Source: Promethearchaeota archaeon
GTDB taxonomy: Archaea; Asgardarchaeota; Lokiarchaeia; Sigyniarchaeales; SOKP01
Reading direction: 5' to 3'
Assembly (NCBI GenBank): GCA_019058445.1
Contig: JAHPZA010000006.1
Location: 288,001 to 352,000, forward strand
DNA: 64,000 bases
In this document: positions 61,600 to 64,000 of the stretch, piece after piece
Position numbering within the stretch: the stretch's first letter is position 1
How the letters are laid out: each line of letters opens with the position of its first letter
Notes under the pieces: model-generated
The model's database searches: none
Seen by the model: only the letters and a program-made list of their open reading frames with translations
What the model was told of the DNA's origin: nothing
Position numbers and translations under genes: made by a program

Positions 61600-63166
61600 A
61601 ATTTTAATAATTACAGGAGAAAGTAGTTATCCAATCATTGAGAAAGTAATACGTGGAACAAAAGGCCATGATATTATAATTGAGAAAGCTCCCGTTTCAA
61701 TATCTGCATTTTTAACTGAAGATATAACAAACTCTATTTTAAGAAATGTTAATCTTTCTAATTTAGATCTAATATTACTACCTGGATTCGTTCAATGGGA
61801 TACAATCAAATTAGAAGAAGAATTCTCTATTATGATCAAAAAAGGCCCCGAATTTGCCTCTGATCTTCCTATGATCTTGAACAATTTGGAAGAAATATCA
61901 TTATCAACCTCAATTCCAGCAAATAGAATATTTAAAACTTCTGGCGAGAATTTATACAATGAAATCATGAGGGAACAAATAAATAATGCTAAAAATAACT
62001 TAGGACATCATACTTTTTATATTAATGAAAATTCCTCAGGTACAATAATAGGTCGGAATCTTCCTCCTCCAATTATCGCCGAGATTGTTAACTGTACGAA
62101 TAAAGATGACCAGAGTATACTAAAAAAAACAAAACATTATATTGATTCCGGGGCAGAGATCATTGATATCGGATGTATAGCCAATAGACCATTTCCAGAA
62201 AAAGTAAAGGAAATTATAGACTTAATACGAAATAATTTTGATGTACTAATCAGTATAGACTCAATGGATCCCAACGAAATCTTAGCGGCAGTTGAAACTG
62301 GTATTGATATGATTCTTAGTTTTGATGTGGGGAACTATAAGGAGTTTCTAAATATACCAAAAAATATTCCTATCGTGATACTCCCTACTAATATAAAAGA
62401 AGCGTATTTTCCAAAGGATCCTAATACTCGCGTTAAAAATTTGTTTACACTTACGAAAGAATTGCAAAAATTAGGATTCACAAAATTAATCGCGGATCCT
62501 CTTTTAGAAACCCCCATTTCTCCGGGAATTTGTAATTCACTTGAAACATATTTTCTATACAAGAAGAAAATTAGTGAATCAAAATACAAAAACTTAGAAT
62601 TACCTCTTTTTTTCGGAATTTCGAATGTAATTGAGCTAATGGACATTGATTCCGTTGGAATAAATGGTCTTTTAGCGAGTATTGCAATGGAATTGGATAT
62701 GGGTGTTTTATTCACTGTTGAACATAGTACTAAGTTGATGGGGGGCGTTGCAGAGTTAAAAAAATGTGTTAAATTGAATTACATTGCAAGAAACAGAAAA
62801 ACCCCTCCGATAAATCTAGGTACTGCTATTTTTAAAGCAAAAGGTAAAACTTCTCAAGAAAATCCCTATATTGATGATAAAAAAGCAATATTAGTTGATA
62901 AACTAAACCAAACTTATGAACCAGATGAAAAAGGTTATTTTAAAATTTATATAAGCCACTATGATGAAAAAATTTATGTACTACATTTTTCTAATGAACA
63001 CAAATTGTTAAATACTATAATTGGCAGAAGTGCGGAAGCTATAAGTAAAAAGATAATTGAAATGAAGTTATCAAATAACAATTATCATATCAATTACTTA
63101 GGAAGAGAATTAAATAAAGCAGAAAATTGTTTGTTTTTGGGAAAACCATATATTCAAGACGCATAA
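61595..63166 (+). CDS. Dihydropteroate synthase-like protein (archaeal, pterin-binding); ATT start
   Basis: Frame extends upstream to IKILIITG...DLILLPG...KGP..DLP; IIAEI, GAEIIDIG, SIDS, ADP, DSVGIN, C-terminal YLGREL.KAE. Confidence 0.82.
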   Translation: MKILIITGESSYPIIEKVIRGTKGHDIIIEKAPVSISAFLTEDITNSILRNVNLSNLDLILLPGFVQWDTIKLEEEFSIMIKKGPEFASDLPMILNNLEEISLSTSIPANRIFKTSGENLYNEIMREQINNAKNNLGHHTFYINENSSGTIIGRNLPPPIIAEIVNCTNKDDQSILKKTKHYIDSGAEIIDIGCIANRPFPEKVKEIIDLIRNNFDVLISIDSMDPNEILAAVETGIDMILSFDVGNYKEFLNIPKNIPIVILPTNIKEAYFPKDPNTRVKNLFTLTKELQKLGFTKLIADPLLETPISPGICNSLETYFLYKKKISESKYKNLELPLFFGISNVIELMDIDSVGINGLLASIAMELDMGVLFTVEHSTKLMGGVAELKKCVKLNYIARNRKTPPINLGTAIFKAKGKTSQENPYIDDKKAILVDKLNQTYEPDEKGYFKIYISHYDEKIYVLHFSNEHKLLNTIIGRSAEAISKKIIEMKLSNNNYHINYLGRELNKAENCLFLGKPYIQDA

Positions 63167-63186
63167 AAAAAAAGAAAAAAAATTAT

Positions 63187-63477
63187 TTATTCAATCGGAA
63201 AGCAAGTTTTTATATCAGGAGGGGCAGGTTCTAAAAAGGGACTGAGCTTTTTCATATTTTTTCCTAAGCTTCTCATATGTGTTTTTACAGCATCTCCATC
63301 CTTATACTTTTCAACAAAAATGATTTCGTTATCAACATCTTTTACAGTATGAGCCGTATATTCTAAAGTTCCTGGTTCAGTTTCTTTAACAACCTTCATA
63401 ATTTCTTTCAAAGCTGCTTTAGCTTCTTCCATTTTTCCCTCTCTAATAGTAATTTTCGCAACTATTGTGATTGTCAT
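63187..63477 (-). CDS. Antibiotic biosynthesis monooxygenase (ABM) domain protein
   Basis: EPGTLEY, FVEKY.D..AV..H. Confidence 0.82.
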   Translation of the reverse strand: MTITIVAKITIREGKMEEAKAALKEIMKVVKETEPGTLEYTAHTVKDVDNEIIFVEKYKDGDAVKTHMRSLGKNMKKLSPFLEPAPPDIKTCFPIE

Positions 63478-63548
63478 AGGATCAACTTAATATTTTTGAT
63501 GTGATTTATAATGTTAACTTCTATTTATATTTAAATGGAGTATCGTGT

Positions 63549-64000
63549 TCAATAATACTCAATTATATTGTAAATAGTATCCCTTTGAGCAGGGCGTTTT
63601 CCGGCAGCCTTAATGATTTGAATCATTTCATCAGGAGATAGATATTGACCATATTCAGCACCAGCGCTTCTTGAAATATTCTCTTCCATTAGAGTTCCCG
63701 AGAAATCATTTACTCCATAGTTCAATGAGACTTGAGCAAACTTTGGTCCTAACTTAACCCATGAGCATTGAATATTATCAATATAATTATTTAAGAATAT
63801 TCTTGCTACACTAAATAGTTTCAAATCAGACATTCCATAACTGGGCTTCAAAGGATTATTCTCTAATCTTGATAGTATAGGATTTTCTTTTACAAATGGT
63901 AAAGGAACAAATTCGGTGAAGCTTTGGGTGTCTTTTTGAATATTTCTTAAAACTTCTAAATGTGCAATTCTATCTTTTATATCTTCAATATGTCCATACA
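63549..64000 (-). CDS. cofH: FO synthase subunit 2 (F420 biosynthesis), 3' part; start lies beyond the window
   Basis: YGHIE..DRIAHL..LR.IQ..T..FTEFVPLPF; NIQCSWVKLG; NDFSGTLMEENISRSAG. Confidence 0.9.
   Translation of the reverse strand, partial: YGHIEDIKDRIAHLEVLRNIQKDTQSFTEFVPLPFVKENPILSRLENNPLKPSYGMSDLKLFSVARIFLNNYIDNIQCSWVKLGPKFAQVSLNYGVNDFSGTLMEENISRSAGAEYGQYLSPDEMIQIIKAAGKRPAQRDTIYNIIEYY

Noticed and set aside
1133-62715. Many short (60-135 aa) ORFs nested in or antisense to long genes
   Set aside because: Fully or largely overlapped by well-supported CDSs and lacking motifs.
1-64000. CRISPR array, tRNA/rRNA, IS element or integrase
   Set aside because: No regularly spaced repeats, GC-rich structured RNA segments or transposase/recombinase motifs seen by eye; tRNAscan-SE/Infernal were not run.

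Overview
AT-rich archaeal chromosomal window, most likely from an Asgard archaeon (Lokiarchaeia-like). That assignment is inferred from archaeal ether-lipid genes (GGGPS, DGGGPS, GGR), methanopterin/F420 genes, a gelsolin-domain protein, an LRR protein and paralogous TetR/7TM/MFS expansions. From left to right the window holds: a sulfatase and GPH transporter with three tandem TetR regulators; a lipid-biosynthesis set interrupted by a ~14 kb sugar(-acid)/sulfate-ester catabolic cluster (Gfo/Idh/MocA, M24 hydrolase, 2 SDRs, sulfatase, UroD-like, fucose-isomerase-like, BKACE, KdgK, GPH transporters); an orphan N6-adenine methyltransferase; a gelsolin fusion; LarE; a metal-uptake locus (ZupT, two Cys-rich FeoA, FeoB, DtxR-type boxes); H4MPT genes; a glycyl-radical enzyme separated from its activase by a ~12 kb block carrying a SIR2-TPR protein, nucleoside hydrolase, tail-anchored LRR protein and Zn-ribbon-repeat nuclease (candidate defence island); and finally a reverse rubrerythrin, DUF1464, a DHPS-like protein and cofH. 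Three genes appear to require ATT/ATA start codons and a fourth probably uses one. No rRNA, tRNA, CRISPR array or transposase was recognised. All calls come from motif recognition by eye; no database searches were run.
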